A stretch of DNA of 63,995 nt, filler included, from an uncultured Methanosarcinales archaeon (GCA_964405295.1; 12 parts of 12 records of this genome joined end to end with filler, not necessarily neighbours in it), one strand, 5' to 3'; shown: positions 37,149-49,002, counted from the whole stretch's first letter. Notes: generated by a model from the sequence alone, not told the origin. Translations and numbers: made by a program.

Positions 37149-39590
37149 ATGAATTTTTTACAATGGAATAATGCAATTGTAAGACATTTCTTCAATCCTG
37201 AGTTTGAAGAGAAAGAAGTAACGCTATATTTTAGTGAAAAAATTATTGAAGAAATTGGACAAGAAAATTTCATAGAACCAGAAGAAGGGTTTGTTAATGA
37301 CTTTTACAAGGCGTTGCGACTAGGAGTTAATGGAGTCTCAAATGCAGATTATATCCAAAGAATTCTCGACTTAGAATCGAAATACACTAATGGAACCCGT
37401 AGGATTGCCAATATCCCATTTGATTACCCCCCATATCTAACATATCTAATTGCATTCATTCTTCCGTTTACTTCTGGTGAAGCAAATGAAGAGTTTAATA
37501 TGAATAATTTTCATGATTACGCAAAGACCTTTTTTGAAAAAAATAGCTTAACAACAAATTATGATAGAATAATAAGACATCATTTAAATCAAATTGATTT
37601 TTTGTGGGAGAACATTAATAATTGGCTTATTGAGATTAATAATTTTAGAATTGGTTATATAGAAGAACTTAACCCTCCTGGTAATAGAAAATATGTTCGC
37701 AAATTTGAATATCATATCTTGTTTAGAAAAGAACAAGAAGAAAGATTGTCAAAAATTTTTGATAACAACAACATATTACCTGATGATGCAATTGAAGAAA
37801 AAGAGATAAAAAGGATACTTATTGAGAATAAAGTTCACCTGAGATTATCTACCAATACCATAAAAAAAATAAGCCAGAATGATTACATCGGTAAAAAGAT
37901 TGTAAAAAGAGCTTACAGGTTTTACAAAAACTGGGATGGAACAACTCATACAGTTGAGGGACAAAGAGGTTATTCTAGAAATAGACTTGTTCTATGTACT
38001 GATTTTAATACTTTAAATCAACAAATTAATTTTAAGTATTTCAGAATATTTTCAAAAAATGGCATTCCTGAAAGCTGTAGTTTGTTAAAGCAAAATGGGG
38101 ATATAATTGAAAATATAAATCAATTCAGGGAATTATACTCCAATCCAATTGATAATTGCTTTGAGAATATAGAGAGTAATGTTGAATTAAAAGATGAAGC
38201 TAACAGGAATAAATACACATGGAAAGCCAAAGACTTCTTCCTTTTTAAAAGAATCCCAAATTTTGATTGGGTAGAAATAGCGAAAGTTGAGTATAATAAT
38301 AGAAGGACTTTGGTTGTTTGTAAACGGGAATTTTTCGACAGAAACTTAAATCAATGGTTTGAGAAAGTAGAGGATAATAGAAAGTTATATGATGATAACG
38401 AAAAAACACAATTACCTGAAAATTGGTTAGCATTTACGGTTGACAACATTACAAATTATCCACATTCAATACTTTATGAATTCATTCCTGATAAACAAGA
38501 AAAACCAAGAATCAATTTCGATAAGTCTTTTTATCTTGATGGCCAGCTATTTAAAGACCAACTTCCAAGTTTCTGGTTAGAAAACATTGAAGCAGAATAT
38601 GATATTTTTGCTATATATCATGATGAAACTGAAATTCAATTAGAACATGTAATAGTAACAGACCGGGATAAATGCGGTATTGAAGAAGAATTATTTATAA
38701 ATAAATACATTTTTACTTATGAGCATTTAAACAGGACTGATGATGAATTTAAATTAGTTTGTGGGAGTATTGAAACACACCGATTTTTAAAAATTGTAAA
38801 TTTTGAAAAAATAGATAATGAAAAAATAGATAATTTATTACCAAAAAGAAACTCAATTGGACAAATATCAAACCAAGAAGAAAATTATGTTAAAGGGCTG
38901 GAACATTTTTTTAGCGACCAAAAGATTGACGCATTGAGACCTTATCAAAATTTACTTGATAATCCTGGTCATATATTCTTAAATACAAAAGCAACTGATA
39001 ATTATACAGCCAGAACATTTTATGATGAAACCCACTTAGGAAATATTCTAATTCATTACATTTCGACTAAAGGCAAACTGACAAAAATCGAGTTTGACAA
39101 TATTATTTTTAAACTTTTAGAGAATATCGATAATAATGAGAATATTAAAAAACGCGCAAATTATTTAAGATATCACTTGCAAGATGCAGGATATATTGAC
39201 TACAACCCAGCAAAAAGCATCTTGTCCATAAATAAACCGCATTTGGTAATAAAACCAACAGAAAAGGGAATTATCACTTTTCTTATTGGTGCAAGGGATG
39301 CTAAATTGATAAATAGAACAATCAACTTCTCAGAAAATAAAAGTATAACAATTGAAACCCAAAATGAACAAGATGAACTCTTTCCTCAAATTGTATATAT
39401 AAAATTCAAGGGTGTTTATCATACTGTCGTTTCTCGTTTTGCAGAAGAGTTCGGATTAATATTTAAAAAAGATGGAATATATACTCAGTTTGCTTTAGCA
39501 TCTCATTTTAGTGACATTACAAATTGGCAAAATTTCATCAATCCTGTCAGAGAAGAAATTGAGGATTTTGAAGGTGGTTTTGTCTTTGAT
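37149..39590 (+). CDS. large hypothetical protein (>810 aa, 3' truncated), possibly a defence-system component
   Basis: Long open frame; N-terminal WNNAI..HFF motif; cassette-array context; no catalytic motif recognised with certainty. Confidence 0.6.
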
Positions 39591-39690
39591 NNNNNNNNNN
39601 NNNNNNNNNNNNNNNNNNNNNNNNNNNNNNNNNNTTAATTAATTAANNNNNNNNNNNNNNNNNNNNNNNNNNNNNNNNNNNNNNNNNNNN

Positions 39691-40526
39691 CTGCTATGGT
39701 GCAAGATGAAGTAACAAGAGAGCAAGTGGGCAAGACTGCTGAAGCAAAAACGAAAGAAGAGAAGAGTATTGTTGAATTGAGGGCGGCGGCAGGTTTACCA
39801 GCTAAAGAGGTGGATTTAGCGGGTAAGGTGATTGACCTTCAAGCAGCGAAAGTAAGTAGAACGCGAGAGAATTTGGGCTACACACTATCTAATAAGGATT
39901 GGGCTAGAGTGGTTCAATATGCTGAAGTGTCAGATAAGGATTATGATACAATAGTTACGGAAGCTGGCGAGCCTATAGCTAAGGCTGTGGTTCAATACAA
40001 AGAGATAGGAAGAATGTGGGAGCGAGGGCTGAAAACTCCGGTCAATATTACTCTTCCGAGTGGGCAAGTAATGACTATGCGTACTGAGGGTGATATTGCA
40101 GCAGCGAGGGCTGCGGTAGAGGCAGCGGATGCAGAATTGGCGATGGGATGGGCGAAGTTGGGAATAGAAGGCGAGAGAACAGATATACAAAGAGAAGATG
40201 TGCGAGGTCGGCTAGATATAGCGCGGCGAGAACTGAAGTTGAATACAACGATTGCGAATGAGTCTGTTGCGAATAAGATATTGGAGGGATTGACGCCAGA
40301 GACCATTGTTGGAAACCCAGATAAGGCTGTAACTATTATCGAGCAACTTATGCTCAAGGGGTACATAGACTTAAGTAGAGGTAACAGAATGATAGATGAG
40401 ATAGGTAACAGGTCGTATGGGCCGGAAATAGCAGGATATATGAAGGCTTACACGGAGGCGACTGCCCGCCCTTTAGCCGTAGAACAGGCACCGGAGGGGG
40501 TGAGCCCCTGGTTCGAGCCGGAATGA
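39691..40526 (+). CDS. phage helical protein, probably virion-associated (5' truncated)
   Basis: Ala/Glu-rich open frame, coupled to the next gene. Confidence 0.55.
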
Positions 40527-40927
40527 GTGCGCTGACGCCAGTGAGGACACGTGCAGGTACGTCAGTATTGGTTCCTGGGTCAATGACTGCGGGTGTAAGA
40601 CGATTGAAATGTGAGGGTTCGCACATGTGCCTGAAGGCAATGCGTATAGCATTTGGATTACCAAGTGCGAAACACGCAAGGCAATGGGGGCCGGTACTCG
40701 AAAGGAATGGGTTTGTAAATGTTGGTAGAGCGAAACGTACTGGCGACATACTTGTGTACAATGGTGTCAACAGTAGTTACGTTGGTGGGGGTTCTGGTCA
40801 TACAGGTATAGTGGTACGAACCAAGAACGGAGATATGTTACTCTCCTCGATTACGCTAAAGGGCAGGGGGACTGCTGTTCGCTTAACGAAGATAGGGTAC
40901 GGCTTTGTAGCGTATAGGAGACGATAA
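40523..40927 (+). CDS. CHAP/NlpC-P60-like peptidoglycan hydrolase
   Basis: Cys (HMCLKAMR), ARQWG, GDILVY, GHTGIV catalytic His. Confidence 0.65.
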   Translation: MSALTPVRTRAGTSVLVPGSMTAGVRRLKCEGSHMCLKAMRIAFGLPSAKHARQWGPVLERNGFVNVGRAKRTGDILVYNGVNSSYVGGGSGHTGIVVRTKNGDMLLSSITLKGRGTAVRLTKIGYGFVAYRRR

Positions 40928-43900
40928 TGCTAAAGACACCGGCAGAGAGAGCAGCTGCATTTCAACAAGAGTGGCGAAAAAGAGCGGGCGGTTATCAGCC
41001 TGTCACTGATACGGGCGTAAATATAGACGTAGGTAAGTATGCCGGTGTTTCTCCGAGTATAGACTTCGATATAAATGCACCGCAGCTTGGTGCTGAGGGA
41101 AGCATCATCAACCCACTAACTCAAAGACAGATAGAGATGAGCGCGACGGAAGATATTTATACACAGCTAACTAATCCACAGAGATATGCCACTGGTATGT
41201 TGCCTGGTCTATGGAGTGGCTTGTCTTATTTTGAGAAGGGAATGAGAATACCCGCTGCTGTAATGGCAACGGAGATACAAAAGGCGGGGCGTGATTGGGA
41301 TAAGTACGGCTTTTGGGGCAGTGCCAACGTTAGCTTGGGCGAGGTGGTGGATAGGCTTGTTAGAGGTAAAGAGATACCGTTTATTCAGCAAGCCCTTCTT
41401 GAAAGAGTTCAACCAACACAGGAAGGGTTGATGCGGAAAGGTCAATGGACTTGGCCCGCGCAATGGGGTGTTGGATTGGTGGCATCGGCTGCTGGTTTTG
41501 GGATTGACATGGTAACTCATCCTATAACTTGGGTTCTTGGTGGTGCTGGGAAGTTACCACTGTATGGGGGTACGGCATTGAAGGCTGCGGGAAAGCAAGC
41601 TGCTGCGAAAACAGTGAAGACCGCTATGGCTAGTGGGCTGTTGAATACCAAGACGGCGCAACGTGGTGCCACTGGTATATTGGCTGACCTCGTTACGTTT
41701 GCTGAAAACCCACAATTCTATAAAGGTCAGCTTGCCAAAGAAGCAATAGTACCATCGGAAATAGTAGCTGGTCACTTGCCGTCTGTTGCAATGACGAGAA
41801 TGAAACAGATGCTTAGTAGAACCACGAGGCTTGATTTATCTCCGAGTGAAGCTAGTAGCTTGGTTGATACTTTCTTTACTCATTTGCAGGATTTGAGTAA
41901 ATCGCAGCTTAGGCTTCGCGTGCCATTTGTGGGGCAATGGCGACCAACCGTGAAACTTCGGTCTGGTTTTCAGACACCGACAACGGCTCAGGCGGGGTAT
42001 GATAAAGCTACTGGGAAGATTTATCGTGAACTGAATGGTATTTACGAATATATGTTTCCGATTGGCTCTCCGATGCGAACAGCGCATACTCATGGTGATA
42101 GATTGGCGCATCTCGATACTATTGCAGAGTGGCTTGTAGACCCGTCAAAGGTATCTGTAGAGGCTGGTTTTTCGAGAGATATAGTGAGTAAGGTGCGCGC
42201 AGCAAAAAGCTCGATTGAAAAAACAATACGACCGTTGGGGAATGTATCTCGGGCAGTGGGAAGTGACGTTCAGCAATTAGCCGGTCAATCTGCTATTGTA
42301 GAACAGCGTCTCGTTGCATATTTACAGCACCCACTTCGCAACTTGCGTTATGGAGAGATGGATATTGCTCAACAGTATTTATCTGAGTCCCCCATAGAGC
42401 TTGTTGGGAATATGAAAACTAGGACTTTGGATGAGCCGAGCAAGATGCTGGCTACAATATTTGAGATTGCCAATGGGAAGAAGTACGGAATAGGTGACAA
42501 GATTGGTTTCGGCGCAAGAAAACGTGTAATGAATGTAATCAATAGGACGGGGGAGTGGGACAATCTGCCAACACCAGGGCCACAAAAGCTCTGGTTGCTA
42601 AACAAGGTATTTAGCACTAAGGGAGTTGCGCCAAAAAACATTTTTCGGATAGCTGGTCAAAAGTACAATGTTGCAGGGGTGGAGAGGGTGTTAGAAACGC
42701 CCACCACAATCAACATGGATGCAGTGCCGAAACAGGCTCGGAAGATACTTCGCGCTGCTGAAGAGTACATGGCAACAATGCGTAAGTATGGTTGGGATAC
42801 CGTCAACAAACATGTAACAACATTACAGGAGAGTGGTCTGCCAATAGATATGCCTGGCGACTTAGGTATGAGTTACTTTCACAAAGTCACTATGGGTAGG
42901 CAAGCTGCGATGAAGGTCGGGAGAACCGTTGTACCGTCAGAGTTTCAATCTATATTGAAAGAGTCAACTTATCGCTCTCCAGTTGCATCTACGATGTTGA
43001 GCGATATAGTACACGACCCCCGAGCTGTGTTAGACATTGTTAACACTCCTGAGATAGCAGAAGTGTTGAATAACTTAGACAGTATTCCAACATTTGCTAG
43101 AGACTTGCGCTTGTCAACGCGAGCTTACGCAAGACAAGTAGGGAATTTGAACCGCGTTGTTGGTATGAGGAGACTCGTTGCGGAGAAAGGCGTTATCGGT
43201 GAGGGTGGCGCTGCCGACAAAGTGATGAAGCTGAGGCAATACTTTGATGATATGCCACAAGTGTTTCCTGCTGCTGCCGAAGAGTTCTTGGATAGAGTAG
43301 GTGTACCGTACAGTAAGGAGCTAGGTGATTGGAGACGACTACTATCATTCCCTCGCCGTGCGGCGTTATTCACCACCATGTTCATAAAGGCTAATTTGAT
43401 TGACCAGTTGCCATCTATGTTCTTATCGGGTGTGACACGCCCCAAAGTATGGAACAAGGCATTTAGAGTTGCACTGAACGCAATGACACATGATACGGCA
43501 AAACTTGCAGAAATATCAGGGCCACAGACTTTCATGGAGCATGGTAGGGCTGCAATAGTGGCAAGGCTTAGAGACTTCTGTGCGTTAGGCCCGAACGAAC
43601 ACGCGGCACTTGGCGCACTAGACGACTTGCTGACAACTAATATCCTTGGTACTGGCATGATGCAAAACCTAGAAAGAGATGTCGGTACAGGCGTGAAGGG
43701 CATTGGAGATAAGATTTTCGACAATACTTTCGGTATTGGTGTTCGTGTTGGTGGGGCAATGGAGGATTTCACTAGGGGGGCACAGTTTATTGCAATGAGA
43801 CTTGATGGTCTGTCGAAAAAGGCAGCGATTGATAGAATAACGGCAGGCTTCGTTCCATATGCTCGTGAGTATCAGTCGGTAATAGATGAGTATATGAAAA

Positions 43901-44853
43901 CTTTCAGCTACTTTTGGACGTATAAGAGACACCGTATACCTCAGTATGCAGAGTCGATGCTGACTCGACCGTGGGTGACGTGGATGCAGACGCAATATGC
44001 GCGTTCCAAAATGTCAGGAGATAATGAGCAAGACCCGATATTGTGGAGAGCGCGTCCATTCTTTATGTGGGAGAACCCAGACTACGTTCAATCAAGCTGG
44101 AGTGATTGGCCACTCAGTTACTACATGAACGAGATGTTTGGTGGTGAAGAACAGGCTTGGGTAAAAGAAAATATCATGGGAACTATACGGCCCCGCATGA
44201 GTTTCAACGAAACTATGGGTGATATGAACCAGTTTGCTCATATTGATACATTAATCAGGGGCAAGGGTATTAGTGGGCCTTCTGTGTATGATATACTATC
44301 ACAGGCAGACCCAGCTACACAGCTATTCTTCAACCTTAGCTCTAAGAATTATGAGAGGGCGATGAATACAGCATTCCCACCGATGCGAACTTTGTTAGCC
44401 GAGTGGAAGTTAAAGCACGAACCGTTCGAGGAGGAGACTGAGAAAAAGCGGTGGAAGAAATATGGCATGTCGAAACAATACAAAGAACTGCAAGAAGACC
44501 CTGAAGCACTTGATGAGTTTGATTTTATCAATAAGATACTCGTAAAGCTGGAGGTGATTAGACAAGCACCAAGGATGCCAAGGCTAAAGGGTATGATGGC
44601 AAGCGGGACAATATTGAGTTTTCTCAATAGAGAACAATTAGCTAGTAACCTAGAGTGGTATGACTACGCTGAGTTGAACAAGCTCAGGCTTGAGCAAGGG
44701 TTGCCACCTCGGATGCCCAGTCAGAAGCAAAGAGTTGGTATTGACACATGGCGCAGGGAGCAGGAATTGCCGAAGATTGATTGGCGACGCGTCAATAAAG
44801 CTATGCGGGAAGGTACATTCCCTACAGAGTTTCCGGAAACAATAGCAGAATAA
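40927..44853 (+). CDS. large phage internal virion/ejection-type protein
   Basis: 1308 aa, helical; MEDFTRGAQF..FSYFWTY region resembles large virion proteins. Confidence 0.55.
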   Translation: MLKTPAERAAAFQQEWRKRAGGYQPVTDTGVNIDVGKYAGVSPSIDFDINAPQLGAEGSIINPLTQRQIEMSATEDIYTQLTNPQRYATGMLPGLWSGLSYFEKGMRIPAAVMATEIQKAGRDWDKYGFWGSANVSLGEVVDRLVRGKEIPFIQQALLERVQPTQEGLMRKGQWTWPAQWGVGLVASAAGFGIDMVTHPITWVLGGAGKLPLYGGTALKAAGKQAAAKTVKTAMASGLLNTKTAQRGATGILADLVTFAENPQFYKGQLAKEAIVPSEIVAGHLPSVAMTRMKQMLSRTTRLDLSPSEASSLVDTFFTHLQDLSKSQLRLRVPFVGQWRPTVKLRSGFQTPTTAQAGYDKATGKIYRELNGIYEYMFPIGSPMRTAHTHGDRLAHLDTIAEWLVDPSKVSVEAGFSRDIVSKVRAAKSSIEKTIRPLGNVSRAVGSDVQQLAGQSAIVEQRLVAYLQHPLRNLRYGEMDIAQQYLSESPIELVGNMKTRTLDEPSKMLATIFEIANGKKYGIGDKIGFGARKRVMNVINRTGEWDNLPTPGPQKLWLLNKVFSTKGVAPKNIFRIAGQKYNVAGVERVLETPTTINMDAVPKQARKILRAAEEYMATMRKYGWDTVNKHVTTLQESGLPIDMPGDLGMSYFHKVTMGRQAAMKVGRTVVPSEFQSILKESTYRSPVASTMLSDIVHDPRAVLDIVNTPEIAEVLNNLDSIPTFARDLRLSTRAYARQVGNLNRVVGMRRLVAEKGVIGEGGAADKVMKLRQYFDDMPQVFPAAAEEFLDRVGVPYSKELGDWRRLLSFPRRAALFTTMFIKANLIDQLPSMFLSGVTRPKVWNKAFRVALNAMTHDTAKLAEISGPQTFMEHGRAAIVARLRDFCALGPNEHAALGALDDLLTTNILGTGMMQNLERDVGTGVKGIGDKIFDNTFGIGVRVGGAMEDFTRGAQFIAMRLDGLSKKAAIDRITAGFVPYAREYQSVIDEYMKTFSYFWTYKRHRIPQYAESMLTRPWVTWMQTQYARSKMSGDNEQDPILWRARPFFMWENPDYVQSSWSDWPLSYYMNEMFGGEEQAWVKENIMGTIRPRMSFNETMGDMNQFAHIDTLIRGKGISGPSVYDILSQADPATQLFFNLSSKNYERAMNTAFPPMRTLLAEWKLKHEPFEEETEKKRWKKYGMSKQYKELQEDPEALDEFDFINKILVKLEVIRQAPRMPRLKGMMASGTILSFLNREQLASNLEWYDYAELNKLRLEQGLPPRMPSQKQRVGIDTWRREQELPKIDWRRVNKAMREGTFPTEFPETIAE

Positions 44854-45009
44854 GGTGATTTTCAATGGATGACAATGCAAGGCTCGACGCGATAGAACAC
44901 CGTCTTGGTNNNNNNNNNNNNNNNNNNNNNNNNNNNNNNNNNNNNNNNNNNNNTTAATTAATTAANNNNNNNNNNNNNNNNNNNNNNNNNNNNNNNNNNN
45001 NNNNNNNNN

Positions 45010-45166
45010 TGTCTGTAGGCACGCTTAATGCAATATCATCATTGTATGCGGCTATCCGGTCGCCTAAGAAGGCAAAAGCATCTGTATGCTGTATAATATC
45101 ATTTTTTGCTATTGCACCTTTTAATTCATCCAATTTGTTGCGGAGTTCTTCTCTGTTGATTTTCAT
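45010..45166 (-). CDS. sliding-clamp (beta)-like phage protein, N-terminus (truncated)
   Basis: MKINREELRNKL..AIAKNDII..AYNDDIALS resembles the beta-clamp N-terminus. Confidence 0.45.
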
Positions 45167-45528
45167 TTGGTTTCCTTTAATCCTGTTTTATTGTTATTGA
45201 AAATGATTGATGTAACCGGTTTATTCATTTTTTTAATTATTTTTAATTCTTGCTCGATCCCGTATGAAACAGACCACCCGGCAATACATAAAATATACAT
45301 TTGATCAGCCCATTCTAAAAAAGATTTGTCAAACTTTTTCCAGAAATCAAAATCCAAAGGTAAATCATGCGCAATGGCAATAGGATGTGAATGAGTTATC
45401 GGGCTGAATACAATATAATTTTGCCGCATTAACAAAGCAGCAGCCCGTGTAGCGTCTTCAAATCTTTGTATCCGTACACTTTCTAATGTGTGGCTATACG
45501 GGCACGCCAGATATATTTTATGCACCAA
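45163..45528 (-). CDS. DUF1937 / nucleoside deoxyribosyltransferase-fold protein
   Basis: IYLACPYSH, VFSPITHSHPIA, GWSVSYGIEQE. Confidence 0.82.
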   Translation of the reverse strand: MVHKIYLACPYSHTLESVRIQRFEDATRAAALLMRQNYIVFSPITHSHPIAIAHDLPLDFDFWKKFDKSFLEWADQMYILCIAGWSVSYGIEQELKIIKKMNKPVTSIIFNNNKTGLKETK

Positions 45529-46468
45529 ATAATCCTTTCTTTGCCTTTTTGATTTGTTTCAGATTTTTTACTGATTGTCTGTAATACGATTCTTTCAATT
45601 CAATACCGATACCTTTTCTGTCATTCAATAATGCCCCAAATACCTCGGACCCTACCCCCATAAATGGTGTAAGCATTGTTTCGCCTGTATTTGTCCAAAG
45701 GACCAAACAGCGTTCAATTACATCCAATTGCAAAGGATGTACGTGCTTTTCGTCATCTTCTGTCTTTGATTCTTTATAAGGCATTACCCGACCAATACGC
45801 ACATCATCCCAGAAAGCAGAAGCATATTGCCGCCAGATCCAATGCGAATATCTGTTTTCTGTTTGCTTTCCTGCATAATTTTTATAACGCAGAACATTAT
45901 TCGGTATTTTTCTTTCACCTGCGTATTCCGTTAATCCGGTCGGGTGTGCAATTGGGATTGGATTAATTCCTTTTTTCCTGAATACAAGTAAATAATCAGC
46001 AGACGCAACCGAGCATTTTGACGAATCATCCACGATTGTTTTATGCGCAAGGTTCTTCGCCATCGTCCTATTTCTGACGCCTAATGGTTCTTTCCAAACA
46101 TGATATCTGGCAATATAATCAAACCCTAATTTTTTATGTAATCTGATGATATCGCCTGGAAAATCAGACAGGGTATCGCGCCCGCTATTCCCGGAAGGAA
46201 CGTCCATACAATGAACACATGACACACGCCCAGGCATTGTTATTCTGTACAATTCTTTTACAATAAATTCATAATGCACAAAGAATTCAGCATAATCTTT
46301 ACAATTGGACAGATCCCTTTCACTGCTTGAATAATTGTATAATCCACCAAATGGTGGTGAATAAATTGTGATATGTACTTTATCCTCAGGCAGATCAGGT
46401 AATACTTCCATGCAATCTGCCAGATAAATTGCGTAGTCATCTGTTATCTTTTGTTTTATTACAGCCAT
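45518..46468 (-). CDS. DNA N4-C/N6-A methyltransferase (beta class)
   Basis: IYSPPF motif IV precedes TPFMGVGS motif I; HVHPLQLDVIER. Confidence 0.88.
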   Translation of the reverse strand: MAVIKQKITDDYAIYLADCMEVLPDLPEDKVHITIYSPPFGGLYNYSSSERDLSNCKDYAEFFVHYEFIVKELYRITMPGRVSCVHCMDVPSGNSGRDTLSDFPGDIIRLHKKLGFDYIARYHVWKEPLGVRNRTMAKNLAHKTIVDDSSKCSVASADYLLVFRKKGINPIPIAHPTGLTEYAGERKIPNNVLRYKNYAGKQTENRYSHWIWRQYASAFWDDVRIGRVMPYKESKTEDDEKHVHPLQLDVIERCLVLWTNTGETMLTPFMGVGSEVFGALLNDRKGIGIELKESYYRQSVKNLKQIKKAKKGLFGA

Positions 46469-47847
46469 CCCGGATTCTCCTGCTCGTTTATATGATTTCT
46501 ATTTATCGTTGAATTCATTGGATCATTCATTGCCTGCACTAATCTGGTAAACATTGTATCTGCCGCTTTTGACTTTTTCTGCAAATTACGCAGAGTAGAA
46601 AGCATTCCAGTAGTTGTTATAATATCCACTGTAACCGGTCTTTTTTGTCCGAATCGCCAGCACCTACGCACCCCTTGATAGTATTGTTCATATGAATGTG
46701 AAGGGAAAAAAGTCATGTGGTTGCAGTGCTGCCAGTTCATCCCAAATCCAGATATCTTTGGTTTTGTAATAAGCCCACGAATCTTGCCCTTTGTAAAATC
46801 GGATAACCGTTGTTCTTTTTCAGTGTCAGAATGCTTCCCGGCAACCTGCACTGCATCTGGTATCAATTTTTCAAGCAGATCACCTTCTTTATTTAACTGG
46901 CACCAGATGATAAACGAATCATTGTGCTGTACTATTTCAGCAACTTTTTCACACCGCTTTTCACAGGTAGCTGCAAGCTCAACACGTTGTTCCTGCATAC
47001 CACGAACTTCTTCTGCAAATAATCTGCCTGGTTTTAATTTGGTAACATTTTTAATTTCATATTGATTTTCAATTAATTCAGGAAGCGTAAAATCTGCATC
47101 ATCAAATCCAATATCAGACGGTTTTCTGATAGACATTGACCATGAAGAAACCCATTGCCAGAAAACCTTTTCAGCATGTTTCTTAAAACGCCATTGCGGC
47201 ATACCACCACCAACAGATGCCCAGTGTCTTTTCGTATCGCATGTATTTTGTGTATTTTTGAAAAACCTTCCGAGCATATCCATATAACCCATTTCTCCGA
47301 GTGCTTCACTGCTGGTGCCTAATTCAATGTAATCATTTGGCGCTGCTGTAGCTGTGCAAAGTAGTCGGTAAGGAATCTTTTTCATAAAGTTAGTTATCTG
47401 TGCTTTTCTGGTCCCGTCGAAGTTTTTCAGGATAGAAGATTCGTCACAGACAACCCCGATAAAATCATTTTTATTGAAATAATGTAACCGTTCATAATTT
47501 GTAACTACTATCTTTTTTGTGAACTTTCCGTCTTTAGAATATTCACAGTCGATATTAAACTTTTTCCCTTCTTTTACTGTCTGAGTTGCGACGGCCAACG
47601 GAGTTAATATTAGGACAGGTTTATTCATTCTCTTTATGATGTTTTTCGCCCATACAAGATAGATAGGCGTTTTGCCTAAACCACAATCCGCAAATATGGC
47701 GCTCCTTCCCTTTCGTATTGCGTAATCAACTAATGTTTTTTGAAAATCAAATAAAAAATCAGGCATAAAAACAGGCTTGAAACCAAATTGATTACTTGAG
47801 TGGCTTTTGTTTTGTAGAAAATCGTAATATTCCATATTACTTTTCAT
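46459..47847 (-). CDS. SF2 (SNF2-like) helicase
   Basis: ADCGLGKT, CDESS, TATAAPND, GFGMNWQ, RCWRFGQ. Confidence 0.88.
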   Translation of the reverse strand: MKSNMEYYDFLQNKSHSSNQFGFKPVFMPDFLFDFQKTLVDYAIRKGRSAIFADCGLGKTPIYLVWAKNIIKRMNKPVLILTPLAVATQTVKEGKKFNIDCEYSKDGKFTKKIVVTNYERLHYFNKNDFIGVVCDESSILKNFDGTRKAQITNFMKKIPYRLLCTATAAPNDYIELGTSSEALGEMGYMDMLGRFFKNTQNTCDTKRHWASVGGGMPQWRFKKHAEKVFWQWVSSWSMSIRKPSDIGFDDADFTLPELIENQYEIKNVTKLKPGRLFAEEVRGMQEQRVELAATCEKRCEKVAEIVQHNDSFIIWCQLNKEGDLLEKLIPDAVQVAGKHSDTEKEQRLSDFTKGKIRGLITKPKISGFGMNWQHCNHMTFFPSHSYEQYYQGVRRCWRFGQKRPVTVDIITTTGMLSTLRNLQKKSKAADTMFTRLVQAMNDPMNSTINRNHINEQENPGWL

Positions 47848-48743
47848 TTTTTAATCTTATATTTACCAGTTTTAGAATTATATTTAACAAGCAGCATTCC
47901 GTAATTGTCCACGCCTTGTTTGATTTTGATTCCAGGCTTTTTGATTAGCTTATTTTTTTTGAATTGGCTGTAGTCTACGTGATGGTGCCATCTATTAAAT
48001 TTCCATACGAGTTTCGATACATCAGGGTGCATTTTAACTTGCATTTTTGATTTATTGAGCGTGCCTTCTTTATCATAAAATGCTTCGGAATTGCCGCCTT
48101 TGATTGTTTGCGTTGTTAGTTTATAGCATAGGAATGCGTTAAATAAAACAGTACATAAACCGTCTTTCAAAGCACGCAATGATAAATCCGTATCTTCATT
48201 ATACCTCCCTCGCCAACGGTATGGAATATTATTTTTTATTAACAAACAAGAGTAGATGCGAGTATTTAAATAATACGGCAAAATTTTACTTTTTCTTGAT
48301 GCAAACATAAAATAATTAAAACCGGCAATGCCAACATTAATATATCGATTTATGAACTCTTCAGCACATTTGAAAATAGTCCCAGAGGCAACTTGAACTT
48401 TTAAATTATCATTTAATCGATAAAATCCAGTTATATTGTCGTCCATTACCCAGTGCCATTTAAATCCGGCTTTAATTGAATGATCCCAGCAAAAGTTACG
48501 AGCGGCACCAGGGCCAGGGCCGTTTCCTTTTCCAATCGCATCATCAAATATATCATATTCTTGTAGGTATTTTTTCGGCAGAATTAATACTTTATTAGGA
48601 TCAATCACAGCCGTGTATTGTTTGTATTCTTGTTTTTCTACGACGACATAATATGGGACATTTATTTTTTCAAGTGCCTTTACTGTTAGTCTTGATTCCC
48701 ATCTTCCTTTTGAAATAATATATATCGGATATTTAGGATTCAT
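47844..48743 (-). CDS. GT-A glycosyltransferase, TET-associated/GREB1-like (DNA hypermodification)
   Basis: PIYIISKGR, GAARNF, WVMDDNI, YSCLL, RYNEDTDL, KGGN. Confidence 0.8.
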   Translation of the reverse strand: MNPKYPIYIISKGRWESRLTVKALEKINVPYYVVVEKQEYKQYTAVIDPNKVLILPKKYLQEYDIFDDAIGKGNGPGPGAARNFCWDHSIKAGFKWHWVMDDNITGFYRLNDNLKVQVASGTIFKCAEEFINRYINVGIAGFNYFMFASRKSKILPYYLNTRIYSCLLIKNNIPYRWRGRYNEDTDLSLRALKDGLCTVLFNAFLCYKLTTQTIKGGNSEAFYDKEGTLNKSKMQVKMHPDVSKLVWKFNRWHHHVDYSQFKKNKLIKKPGIKIKQGVDNYGMLLVKYNSKTGKYKIKK

Positions 48744-49002
48744 TTTCTAATTCTTCCTTATCAATATATCTTTTATTTGTATGTCTTCTTATTTTTTCTG
48801 CTGGATACCATACACTTTGCGTTTTATTGGATAGGCTTCTATCGATCAATTTTGCGAACTTCTGCACATCTTCTTCTGATTCAAAATGCACAATTATCTG
48901 CTGAATACTTGTAATGTCTTTCTGTGTGAACTCAGGCATCCCTTGCCATTCTTTTTCATGCTCGGTAGGCACTTCAAACAAAGGCTTTCGTTCTTTTTTC
49001 AT
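48733..49002 (-). CDS. small protein upstream of the glycosyltransferase
   Basis: EWQGMPEF..IVHFESEED..SVWYP; overlaps the GT start. Confidence 0.7.
   Translation of the reverse strand: MKKERKPLFEVPTEHEKEWQGMPEFTQKDITSIQQIIVHFESEEDVQKFAKLIDRSLSNKTQSVWYPAEKIRRHTNKRYIDKEELENES

Noticed and set aside
36811..37176. Short ORFs 36811-37176(-) and 36934-37152(+)
   Set aside because: They overlap the attC-like site and leader; probably non-coding.
41209..44880. Numerous antisense ORFs inside the 1308-aa gene (also inside the liv genes and the tape measure gene)
   Set aside because: Shadow frames of real genes on the opposite strand.
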